A DNA stretch of 55,949 nucleotides, counting the filler, from Circinaria calcarea (taxonomy: Eukaryota), in the NCBI GenBank assembly GCA_051942165.1. It is 4 parts of 4 records of this genome, joined end to end, with 100 filler letters (N's around TTAATTAATTAA, not from the genome) between each part and the next. Parts side by side here need not be neighbours in the genome. Positions count along the whole stretch, not along the records: positions 1 to 13,964 come from JAVECS010000464.1; positions 14,065 to 27,975 come from JAVECS010000466.1; 2 more parts are not named here. One strand, 5' to 3'. The notes below the pieces were generated by a model, which had not been told where the DNA came from, did not search any database, and saw nothing but the letters and a program-made list of their open reading frames with translations. Of this stretch, positions 8,704 to 20,449 are shown in pieces. The translations under genes and the position numbers were made by a program. Position 1 is the first letter of the stretch; each line of letters begins with the position of its first letter.

Positions 8704-11700
8704 ATGGCACGGGAACACAGTCCGAAGCGGAGGAAACTTGATGCCGACAACTTTGCTATGCCCTCGCGGCCATCTACAGCAAAGCCTTTCCGCTCCGCTC
8801 AGACCCCCCTCCGCAGCAATCAGAATGGTCATACCCCTCGCGACGGATTCGCACAGTCTTCTACCCCCAGAACTTCACGACACCCTCCTACTCCCAGGCA
8901 ACAGCACTTTGATGGTCCGGAGCCGACGGTCAATGAAGAGGATTCGAATGCACTAGATCGAGACTGGTACGCTGGGGACGAGTTCGGCCACACCTTTGGG
9001 GATGAGACGCATAATCCATTTGGCTCAGTGGATGCCTCATGGGCCGATCAGCAGAAGGAAGCCGCCTTAGCGGAGAGAAAGAATGGAAAGCGAGTCAATG
9101 CTAGAGCTGTGCAAAAGCAGCGTGACGCCGATGCATGGGAAACCAATCGAATGCTCACTTCCGGTGTTGCGCAACGACGAGATTACGATGGGGATTTTGA
9201 TGACGACGAAGAGGCAACGAGGGTGCATTTACTTGTACATGATATAAAGCCCCCATTCCTGGATGGCAGGAAGATATTTACCAAACAGCTCGATCCCGTT
9301 TCAGCGGTGCGAGATCCGCAAAGTGACATGGCGGTGTTCAGTCGGAAAGGGAGCAAGGTCGTTCGGGAGAGGAGGCAGCAGAAAGAGAGACAAAAGCAGG
9401 CTCAAGAGGCTACGAACATGGTCGGAACAGCATTGGGGAATCTGATGGGCATCAAGGATGATGAGGGCGACAGCGCCGCTCCTGTCCCCGGTAAAGAGGG
9501 TCAGAAAGGAGGCAGCAAGTTTGCAGATCACCTCAAGAAGAACGAAGGGCAGAGTAATTTTAGTAAGAGCAAAACCCTGCGCGAGCAGAGAGAATACCTT
9601 CCCGCATTCGCTGTACGAGAGGAGCTATTACGTGTCATCCGGGATAATCAAGTAGTTATTGTGGTTGGGCAAACGGGCTCTGGAAAGACCACGCAATTGA
9701 CCCAATTCTTATATGAAGATGGATACTCCAAACTCGGTATGATTGGATGTACACAGCCTCGAAGAGTTGCAGCGATGAGCGTCGCAAAACGAGTTAGTGA
9801 AGAGATGGAGGTTAGGCTAGGTGGCCTTGTGGGCTACGCTATACGTTTCGAAGACTGTACAAGTAAAGAAACAGCAATCAAGTACATGACGGATGGTGTA
9901 TTACTACGAGAATCCCTAGTCGAACCGGATTTGGACAAATACTCTTGCATTATTATGGACGAAGCTCACGAGCGAGCTCTCAACACCGATGTGCTCATGG
10001 GGCTAATCAAGAAGGTGTTAGCTCGACGGAGAGATCTGAAGCTCATAGTGACTTCGGCCACTATGAACTCAGAGCGATTCTCGAAATTCTATGGTGGTGC
10101 ACCAGAGTTTTACATTCCCGGTCGAACGTTTCCCGTGGATATACAGTATTCTCGCTCACCATGCGAAGATTACGTCGACAGCGCGGTCAAGCAGGTTCTT
10201 GCCATACATGTGTCCCAACCGGCCGGAGATATTCTCGTATTCATGACTGGACAAGAAGATATAGAAATTACTTGCGAACTTGTTGCAGAAAGGTTAAAAA
10301 TGCTGAATGACCCTCCAAAGTTGAGCATACTTCCGATTTACAGTCAGATGCCAGCAGATTTGCAAGCGAAGATCTTTGAAAAAGCGGCTCCCGGCGTTCG
10401 GAAGGTGATTGTGGCAACCAATATAGCCGAGACAAGTCTGACAGTGGACGGTATCATGTATGTGGTCGATGCAGGATTCTCCAAGTTGAAGGTATACAAT
10501 CCAAGGATGGGTATGGATACCTTGCAGATCACCCCTGTCTCGCAAGCCAATGCTTCCCAGCGAGCTGGTCGAGCAGGAAGGACAGGACCAGGTAAATCTT
10601 TCCATCTCTACACGGAACTAGCATTCAAAAACGAGTTCTACATCCAAACGATACCCGAAATACAACGCACTAACTTAGCCAACACCGTTCTGCTCCTCAA
10701 ATCTCTTGGCGTACGAGACCTGCTAGACTTTGATTTCATGGATCCGCCACCTCAAGACACTATCACTACTTCCCTCTTCGACCTCTGGGCTTTAGGGGCT
10801 CTAGATAATATCGGCGATCTAACTCCAATTGGTAAAAGAATGACCGCATTCCCTATGGATCCGTCACTAGCTAAACTTATCATCACCTCTGAGGACTATG
10901 GCTGTAGTGAGGAAATCCTCACCATCGTTTCTATGCTTTCCGTCCCCAGCGTCTTCTACCGTCCTAAGGAACGTCAAGAGGAGTCAGATGCTGCCCGAGA
11001 GAAGTTCTTTGTTCCTGAGTCAGATCATCTGACATTACTGCATGTTTATACGCAGTGGAAATCAAACGGATATTCTGACGGCTGGTGTATCCGGCATTTT
11101 TTGCATCCCAAGGCCCTGCGGCGAGCCAAAGAGATTAGAGAGCAACTGAACGACATTATGAAGATGCAAAAGATGGTTCTGACAAGTTGCGGCACTGACT
11201 GGGATGTCATCCGTAAATGCATTTGTTCAGGATACTACCATCAGGCAGCAAAAGTCAAAGGTATCGGCGAGTATATCAACCTCCGAACCAGCGTTACAGT
11301 TCAGTTGCATCCGACAAGTGCTCTGTACGGACTGGGATATCTTCCGGACTACGTGGTGTATCACGAACTCATTCTGACGTCAAAGGAGTATATGTCGACT
11401 GTTACTTCTGTTGACCCTCACGTAAGTCAACTCCCCTCGGCAGACAACCAGAGATGATTAACTGACAAATCAATGCTTCTTAGTGGCTAGCTGAGCTTGG
11501 CGGTGTATTTTACTCGGTAAAAGAGAAAGGCTACTCGGCGAAGGAAAAGCGCGTGACGGAGCATGAGTTCAACCGCAAGATGGAGATCGAGGCACAGATG
11601 GCGGAAGATAAGGAGCGCGAGGTTCAAAGGATTTCAAAACTGGAAGATACCCCAAGGACGGCAGTTCGAAGACCTACCACGTCGGCGATCAAGAGGATTG

Positions 11701-11756
11701 CGACGCAAGGCGCGGTCAAGAGACCATTGACACCGAGGATAGGTAGAGGCTTCTAA
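8704..11756 (+). CDS. PRP16: Pre-mRNA splicing DEAH-box RNA helicase; exons 8704-11421, 11484-11756
   Basis: [24 protein letters not shown] motifs and the Prp16-type N-terminus ([29 protein letters not shown]); intron 11422-11483 restores DPH|WLAELGG. Confidence 0.95.
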
Positions 11757-12249
11757 GGTAGCTTTAGACTTGGTAAGGAAACATGTATAGCTGATGGTCC
11801 ACACTCTTGCTTCTCGTCCTTGGATGACTTTAATGTATGCTTTGAGTATTTTGCAACTTGCACGGGCTTTAAAACCCCTTTGAAGATATATCGGTAACAA
11901 AATGAGGGCATATATAGTAAAATTACAATACTAATAATCGTCGTTTGTTCAATGTCTGGTGATACAATGGACAGATCTCTTTGTTCAACGATAGATCTCT
12001 CATCGTACAACTACATGTAGTCTAGCGAGCCCTAAGGTACTAGCTTGGGCGCCGCTAGTATATCCCACACACCCACGCATCAATCTTAGCCCCACGAACT
12101 TTTCGTTCGCTTATCTCGGCTTTTTGTGAGGCTTGAGACTTGGATACCGTCTGTGCGATTGTAATTCCTCCATATCACAGCCATCTCACTCGCCGCTCAT
12201 ATTCTCTTCTGAGTAAAGCAGTGCCTCATGCTGACTGTTATTCTTTGCG

Positions 12250-13964
12250 ATGGCTCCCGATCTGGCGAGTCTCCGGTCTGTCGACAATCCTGTGCTGTCT
12301 GCGCCCACAAAGTCTATAGTTCGCCGCCCGACCTTAGTTCGCAAACGAGACGAGACCGATCTGGCCCTCGGAGGGGACGCGATCCCACAGAGCCCTAGTA
12401 AACGGACAAAGGTTACATTCGACACAGATGTTGACGTAAGAGTTATGGAACAGTGGGAGAAGGCACCAGAGGTGGTGCGGGAAGAGGTTCGCAGGGCTCT
12501 TGAACGACATGCTCTCGGTGACGATGCAGCCTATGACCAAGTGAAGGAGGTCTATACTACAAATCCAACGGCAGAAGACGCACCGAGTCCCAAAACACTA
12601 AGAAACTACACAGCAGCCTTGCTCTCAAAAGTATCGTCACTTAATCGATCCTGCTCCGGGCTGGTGCATGCCGTGCTGAAAAGCGAATGGCTTGGGAGGG
12701 ACGAGACATATCTGGCTTTGTTCATACGCTTCCTCGGTAGCTTGATATCTGCCCAAGGGATGTACCTAGGAGATGTGATTCATATGTTGGTTGAAAACCT
12801 CACTCACGGTGAGCCAATTACCATTGCGCAGCTATCATACAAAAACTAAGTTATACGAAAGCTCAACCTTCTAGCAGCCAGCTGCCTCAGCAGTGTGCAG
12901 TTACCCGTCCGATCATCCACCGTCGTACGCATGCCGCACTAAAATATCTACTCCGTCTGATTCCTTCGGCCAGCAGTATTCTCTCCTCCGTACTAATGAC
13001 ACTATTTCCTCATTCATCAAACTCCAAACGTGCACATGTCGTCTATGTGCATAACCTACTCCGGCTTATTGGGTATGCACCTGAGTTGGAATCGGAGATC
13101 TTAGCCTTGATTACGGAACGACTGGTGAAGATTGACGTTCAGGTCCAAGTCGACCTCGAGGATCTGGCAGAAGATGTAGGGGATGGCGTGGTACAAGGAA
13201 TACCGAAGCTGCACATTGGTATCTCCGAAGATCTTGAAACCGAAGAAAATGAAGAGAAAGAAAGTGATACGGAGTCGGACACGAGTGACGACGAATCAGA
13301 TCCTGATGTGCAGAGAGCCAAGGACATTACTGCCAACGTGGAAAAGATGGACATCATGCTAGATATCCTGTTTTCGCATTACACTCCGCTGTTTTCAGGA
13401 ACATCAACCCAGACTCGCGAAGCAGCGTTCGATGTCCTCCTTACACAATTCGCAACAATTATATTACCAACCTATCGTTCACGACATACCCAATTTCTTC
13501 TTTTCCATTTTTCCCAGACGTCGCCAGCACTGATTGATAATTTCGTCGGTGCTTGTGTTCACATTGCCTTTGACAAAGGTCGACCTTCCATAATACGGCA
13601 ATCAGCCGCCGCCTATCTTGCTAGCTTCGTTGCACGAGGCATACATGTACCCTCGCAGATCGTTCGAGACGTCTTTGACTACATCGGCAGCCAATTAAGC
13701 CTCCTTCGTGCAGACCATGAACCTACTTGCCGTGGACCAGATCTTAGGCGTTACTCCAACTACTACTCCTTAGTTCAAGCTCTCCTCTACATTTTCTGCT
13801 TCAGATGGCGGGAGCTCGAAGCTACTGCCGATGAAGGAGCCGAAGACGACGACCTCCCAATTACGGAATTACAAGAACATGTCTGGATCCCCGGTATCAA
13901 AGAAACCCTCGCGCAAAACATCTTCTCCGTCCTTAATCCCCTCAAAGTCTGCTCCCCAGCTATC
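12250..13964 (+). CDS. RRN3: RNA polymerase I transcription initiation factor Rrn3, 3'-truncated by gap; exons 12250-12808, 12862->13964
   Basis: ITERLVKIDVQ, ILPTYRSRHTQFLLF, AAAYLASFVAR, QALLYIFCFRW, LNPLKVCSP motifs; intron 12809-12861 restores the frame. Confidence 0.92.
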
Positions 13965-14064
13965 NNNNNNNNNNNNNNNNNNNNNNNNNNNNNNNNNNNN
14001 NNNNNNNNTTAATTAATTAANNNNNNNNNNNNNNNNNNNNNNNNNNNNNNNNNNNNNNNNNNNN
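13965..14064. other. Artificial scaffold spacer
   Basis: 44 N + TTAATTAATTAA (stops in all six frames) + 44 N; identical to the other two gaps. Confidence 0.97.
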
Positions 14065-15300
14065 GAGCGGCGGCACGACCAGCAGCAGAACCCTCGATCA
14101 TGAAGCTGGATGAGGTCGAAGAAGATCGGATCCAAGAGCTCTTTCTCGATTTTATTACAGACTGCCAGCTTCCCATGTGTCTCGTGCAGAAGCCGTTCTT
14201 TTGACTATTGATACGATATATCAATCCGTACGCAGAAGATCGCCTGCCCAAGTCTCCCAGCACTATTAAGGCCTTGCTTGGCGAAGTGAGGTCTAAGATA
14301 CATATCGCGGTGGATGCATGGTCCAGTCCAAATGGACATGCTATGCTTGGGGTAACTGCGAGATGACTGACTGGAAGAGGCGGCAATGTATGCTGGGACT
14401 GCAAGAATTGCAGGGTACGCACACAGGGCAGAGTATGGTAAATATAATCGCGGTAATGCTGGAAGACTACGGCATAAGAGGCAATCTAGGCTTCCTCAAC
14501 CCCGACAATGGCTCCAACAACGACACCATGGTCGCAGAGCTCCAACTCGAGCTCGCAAAAACCGACATAGTTTGGGTCGGCAAGGAGAACCGACTCCGAT
14601 GTGTCGGCCATGTTATTAACCTCGCCATCCAAGCGCTCCTTTGGGCAAAAAATCTGCATCCGAACGATCGCATCGATCGTAATCTGCGGAAGAAGGACGA
14701 TCTCCATGCATGGGCGAAGCATGGCGCCTTGGGCAAGCTACCTAGTCTTAGTTTATGGACGTATGCGAGCCCTCAGCGACGACAGCAGTTCCTAGCTACA
14801 TCCAATGGACTTAACCTAGTCCGGGACAACAACACTCACTGGACGTCCTGGTTCGACGCTTTGGAGTGAGCTTTGAAGCTCAGGGACAAGATCGAGCCGT
14901 GGGAGATCCGAATCCGGGGTATGAAGCTGCCTCCTGGATGAAAGAAGCCGGTCGCGCTCGAAGGGGAGGATTGGGAGATTATGGAGGTCTACGTAGGCTT
15001 GCTTAGACCTATGAAAGACGTTACTGGCTAGGAAGGCTACAAGGATGGCTTGGGCAAGATTTTGCCAGCTATGGACCTTTTGCTGGAAGACTTGGAGAAG
15101 GCAAAGGCATAGCATCCGGATCCGAAGTCTGTGCTTCGTCGAGGGATCGATGTCGCATGGGCCGTCCTCGATAACTACTATAATCTCACGGATGACACGC
15201 CAATCTATGGAAGCGCAATTGTGATGGATCCGCGATTGAAATGGGACTACTTTGAGCGATACTGGGCTGACAACGTTCAATTGAGCGCATGCGTACCAAC
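14065..15300 (+). mobile_element. Decayed hAT-superfamily transposase fragment
   Basis: IAVDAWSSPN, DNGSNNDTM, RLRCVGHVINLA (CxxH), RDNNTHWTSW, LEGEDW...LLRPMKDVT, PIYGSAIVMDPRLKW. In-frame stops at 14867, 14939, 15029 and 15110, an upstream frameshift, and no C-terminal dimerisation domain. Confidence 0.88.
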
Positions 15301-16765
15301 AGTGCGAGGCATTCTTCGCCTCGTATTTATAATATCGACGCGGCAAAGTGGTCGACTTCAGGTCTTCTCTCAATTCCAATTTTATAAATCTTTTCCTTAC
15401 CTCTGAATCACCTATCTTCTGGACATCAATACGTATAAGGATTTGCAAGATGGCTGATTCACTCGTTCTCTTGCTTTAAGTGGTGGATGGACAGGATTTC
15501 TGGCGCATTACTATAGCTACAATGAGCCTTTCTGCCTTGGGAAGTAAGGAATATGGATTGGCGCACAATTCTGAGCTGAGCGAACGGCAAAAGGAGCAAA
15601 ATGCCTGGCCAAAGTATCGGCTGCTTGTATCCGAGCTGCTAAAGCAAGCAGGCAGCAGCAAGGAACTGAAGACCCCGAAGTACAAAAGTTGATCAGTACG
15701 GGCATGTCTTTGTTAATCTTGCAGCAGGGGATCGTGAGGACAGCGCACAGTTCGTTGAAAGTGGCGCTGCAATTAAAACCATTCACTATGCTTTGGCCGA
15801 TCGCACAGGCTGTGTAACGACTGAGAGTGTGGAGACTGAAGCACTCTGGTCGTGACGCCCGTCATCTCTCACCTTTGATGGTGATCAACGAGGGATAAAT
15901 GGGTATCCAGGGCATAGGACGTGTCAGTGATTTAGTTGCCAGAAGAAAGCAGTAAGTGCTAGAAAGCTGTCGTCAGCATTTTCGGTGGCAAGGCATCAAC
16001 AAATCAGCTCAAGGGACCCACTAAATCGGAAGGGCGATTTCCGTGCAAAACGCAATCCGTCGATCGATGGCAGGCCGCAGGCTGCAAACCCACAAATCGA
16101 ACCAGCCGCACTTGAATAGGCGAATAGGCAGCTGCACTCCTAAGACCTGCAGCATTTTGAGCAGACGAATAGTAGTACTCTGTCATTGGTTAATGCGTTT
16201 AGCCAGTGGATTTTTGTTTGGAGATATCTCGCCTTATTATACCGTATGATTTTAAGGATGCATTATTTACAGCATTATATTGTCGCAAAAGGCTTTTACT
16301 TTGCTCTGTTTCTTTGGCTCGTTTGTATCCATCGCATTAGAGATCTGCTCCCCGTTATTGTACGCGTTTACTCGTTCATACTTTCCTTCCCCTGCTCTGA
16401 GCCCCTCGGACCCGAATTTTTACCCGTCCACGGACGTCAAATAGGGCTACCACCTTCACGACTCAAATAGATCCGGACCAACGGGCAACATAGCCGTCCC
16501 GGCCGTCAGTACTGTAGATTGGAGATAGCTGCAGCCATACTAAGTCCGGAATAATAAAAGAGCAGTACCAAATCGCTATGGCAGATGCCGAATTAAACGA
16601 TCCTTACGGAATAAGCATCTTGAAACAGGGGTTATCAGTAAATTGACAATCAGTGGTTTTATTCATCGTAGCGAATTCACCGCTTACCGTATTATTTCTA
16701 ACTTTGATGTTAACGCCTCGCCTGGCTTCATGATGAGTAATGACGCTTGACGGCATTGGTGTGGA

Positions 16766-17025
16766 TGATCTCGAGCAATAGAATATAAGATCTAAACAAT
16801 CATGCGATGAAATCGATGCCACCTACATTGCTCTCTACCTATATTGCTCTCTGCCTGCATTGCCCTCTGTCTACATGACTCTCTGCCTGCATTAGCGTGT
16901 GTGATCTCGAGCGACAGAATACAAGATCCGAATGACTATACGATAAAATCGATGTCACCTGCACCGCTCTCTGCCTGCACCGCTTTCTGCCTGCATTGCT
17001 CTCTGCCTGCATTGCTCTCTGCGCC
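16766..17025. repeat. Tandem duplication (136-bp period) containing 15-bp subrepeats
   Basis: Copies start with GATCTCGAGC at 16767 and 16903; each ends in CCTGCATTGCTCTCTG-like 15-mers; differences are almost all C/T or G/A. Confidence 0.88.
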
Positions 17026-17389
17026 GTCACTGCACTATTTTCTTCTATCCAATTACTTCACCATCTAGCTTGATACATTACCAAATACATTACCACCACC
17101 CACATTGCCACCTCATCGACGCATTACCACCACGCGGATTCCCACTCGCATTCCCCCTCATCAACGCATATGAAAGCAAAATGAAAGCACTGAAGGTTCG
17201 TCGCCAAGGAGATCTTCAATGCACCTACCGAAAGATACAATCCCTAGATTGAAACCGAGCATTTTAACCGGGTCGATTGCAGCTTGTACTCCGCCACGCT
17301 TACTTTATAAAGGATGGCATGGTTCTCTCTGCACATTATTTTTCTTCTACATCCATCTCTACCTCTCTATCACGCCGCCATTCATCAAA

Positions 17390-18275
17390 ATGCTTTTTTC
17401 ATTGCAAAAACTCTTTTCGATCCTCGTCCTTATCGCTCCCGGGCTTCTTTCTCCTGTGCAGCAAGACCCTCTCCAGCTCACGTGCACTTCGAACGCTGGC
17501 ACAGCCTCAGGTTATGATCTAACTCAAGATGTTGAATACGGATACAAAGGTCCTGGGGTGTATCATATCACCAGCCTTGCGGATCACTACAATTTGGCGG
17601 TGAGCGGAACTGGGACCGGCGAGGGAGCCCCCATCGTAATGTGGTATGTATATCATGACCTTTGCCAAAACACCACTGTGACGGGTCACGGGAAGTTAAC
17701 AGGAACAAGGATGAAAAACAGCACTAACACCCAGCGTTGGTACTTCTCCGATGCAGGGGGTGGATACGTCATGGCTGCAAACAACGGGACGGGCATGCTG
17801 CTTTCTGCAATCACGAGTGAGTCTCGTCAATTGTACATGAGAACGCAATTGCTCTATACAACTGGCCTTTGGCATTCTCAGATATGATATCTACATGTCT
17901 AACGCCCTTGGAATTCCAGGCCAGACACCAGCTCGCGCCAGTTGCACATCACCTGGGAAGCTAGAGACACACTGGCGCTTGGATAACTATTCTTCCAGCG
18001 TTATGCCAGGTAACCCAGTCAGGTACGTTGATTCCACGCCATCAACTTTTCAGTGGCCGTTGGAACGGTATAAAGTGACGAAAGCTTTGACGTTGGCCCA
18101 CTCACTCACACTTGCTGTACAAACATATAGGTTTAGAAACGCGAAATACACCAATGAAATTCTTGCGGTTTACGCACGAATCACAAATATCAATGGGACA
18201 GCGGTTTACACTTGGCCGGTTGTGGGCCAGAACCTTAACGAGGCGTGGTTGCTAGAGTACCTTGGGGCTCTTTGA
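17390..18275 (+). CDS. Secreted ricin-B-like (beta-trefoil) lectin-domain protein; exons 17390-17643, 17710-17816, 17920-18022, 18131-18275
   Basis: Signal-peptide-like MLFSLQKLFSILVLIAPGLLS. The spliced product has three subdomains ending NTQRWYF, LETHWRL and LNEAWLL, with GAPIVMW and GTAVYTW motifs. Three GT-AG introns give consistent phases. Confidence 0.75.
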
Positions 18276-19914
18276 ATAGAGCCAGGTGATTGCCAGTAAG
18301 AGCATAGCGCCAGCGGGAAGGAGCAGTCGGTGTGAAAGATTGCTTCTATTTATCAAATAAATTTTGCGCGAAAAGTTGTTTTTCTATATTGAATTTCTTT
18401 TTAATAGTCTATTCGATACGTTCAATTTCCTAGCTCATTGTATTTATATGCCACCGACACCTTATATTCCCCAATACAACTGTACCCTACCCGCCGAAGC
18501 CGGCTCAAAGCATAGGCCGAAAAGTATATGTGACTGTTTCCGAACCTCGACGCCCGGGGTTATTCCTACTACGATCTGTCCCCCGGTACTAGACACAAGT
18601 ATTGCTTATTAGGTTTTAGAGGAATGGCCATAGGTTTCTGAACTTTTATTTATGAGTTCGATCACGCTGCTGAGCACCCTTTTGGGCCTATGGAGCGACT
18701 AATTATGTATGGGCAAAAAGCCCTATACGGAGTGAATAAAAAACCCCCTGCGAATTGTTTGCTTATCTGCAGCGTGTATTTGCGTCGCTGTGAACCGTCT
18801 ACTCGTTATCTCGTTCCGATACCCGCGTGTGATTACTTCGTTTTGGCTGCTGGCAATGTCTGTGGTGTTGTTTGAATTGGTTTTGAATAGATGTTACGGT
18901 ATTCTGCCTCGTTCCCTGCTCACTACCGGCTCCCTCGCTGCTACTGGCTAGAAAGCAGCATTTTATTAATACTTCTCCGCCCATTCCTACTGTTAAAATT
19001 CACTCTGTCGACCCGATTAGGCTTGGCGGCGTGTTGCTTTCCATTGCATAAAAGGCGAGCACGCACACATGGAAATCCAAAGCAACCTTCATATCATGCA
19101 TTGCCACGAACCTTTGTTCAACACCCACTTCGCCGCTCTACCCTCCTCGCGTAGGACTTCAGTCCCCCAGTACCGAACGTAGAAACCTTCCAGCCCATAT
19201 GCAGATGAGGCGCAGATAAACCCTTTCCGGCCGCGAGCAGGTAATATCTGGGTGGCAACTGTTCCCCTTTCAACCTCGCTCTGATCGGAACCTTTCAGCA
19301 GCGGCTTTCCTTCGTGTTCCATACGTTCTACCGGTTGTAGGCCCGGTATACAAGTGGGCTCCCCTCCAGCGACCCACACGCGAGTCCTTGTCGGCGGTCA
19401 CTTGATCCCCCAAGCCTCCAAGGCTGACAGGGGGTTTGTGAATTAAAACGCCCTAGATGACCAATAGAAAGGCTTTTGCTGGGGTTTGGATTCTGTGTAG
19501 GTTTTCCGGTGAGAACCAAAACAGTGTACCTAGACCCGTAGGTGCTTTACTCAGGGCTGCGTACGACGGTAAATTTTTTTCGGGCATACCACCTTTCGTT
19601 TCTCTACCCAAAATGCACTGTTAATTGAATATATCATTGTATAAGACAGCTTGCCTCTAGCCAAGTTAGATTAACTCGATCGCAAAATCCACTATCGTAG
19701 ACATTCGAACAAACTACCTATTGTGCTGTAGCACCACCTTGGCTTTTGGCCCTTTCTCTTTTGAATCTTTAGCATGTGAAACTTCGAGTCAGTTAGGTTG
19801 GCTCTAGCGTCTCAATTTTCTCTTTTTCACTCAAACTTTTTGTTTTCAATATATTATTATGAGGAAAGCACTACTAGCCAAGTTAACTCAATTCAATCGC
19901 GAGATACGCATTTT

Positions 19915-20205
19915 GGGGAAACTTGGGGGGTTCAGTTTTCCTTTGTTATGCTCGGAGGATGTTAGATAAGCCCGGAATATCAGTGCTCCCGGCCAATCAA
20001 TACCTCTGCAAGGCCACCCCCGCCTGGCCTTACATAGTTCTACATCCACAACGGAGCTATGTTATGCTAGTGGATCTAGTGTGGCCAATACGAATGCACA
20101 GTTTCTGCCAGCTTGCCCCCCGGGCTTTATAACATCGGGCTTAGCCCATTAATGCCGTGCTCCCGAGCATAGGAAATTTCTAGCAAAAAAAAGACTAACC
20201 CAATT
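19915..20205. mobile_element. MITE-like element with degenerate inverted ends
   Basis: The revcomp of 19915-19985 (GGGCTTA...CCGAGCATAACA...AACCCCCCAA) matches 20135-20205 (GGGCTTAG...CCGAGCATAG...AACCCAA); a further related copy lies at about 42200-42310. Confidence 0.5.
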
Positions 20206-20449
20206 AAATTAATGAATATAGGCGGTGCGCTCGCTATATAACTTTTCTATAATGTAAAAAATAATTTACTCGGATCAGTAAATTACCAGCCAAGAGTACC
20301 GCAAGATTTTGGTTCGGAGGAAATTCTTTTATCGAAATAAACAACTTCCTCGCCTCCTTGCTCGTTATTTCAAGGCCTTGACGCTGATTAAAATCTTTGA
20401 AGAATTAATTCTTTAATCAAGCTCGTTTCCTTCTAGCTGAGCTCTCCAT

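Noticed and set aside
14009..14020. Recurrent palindrome TTAATTAATTAA (also at 28020 and 42014)
   Set aside because: Assembly linker centred in N runs; ORFs ending in X...LIN are artefacts.
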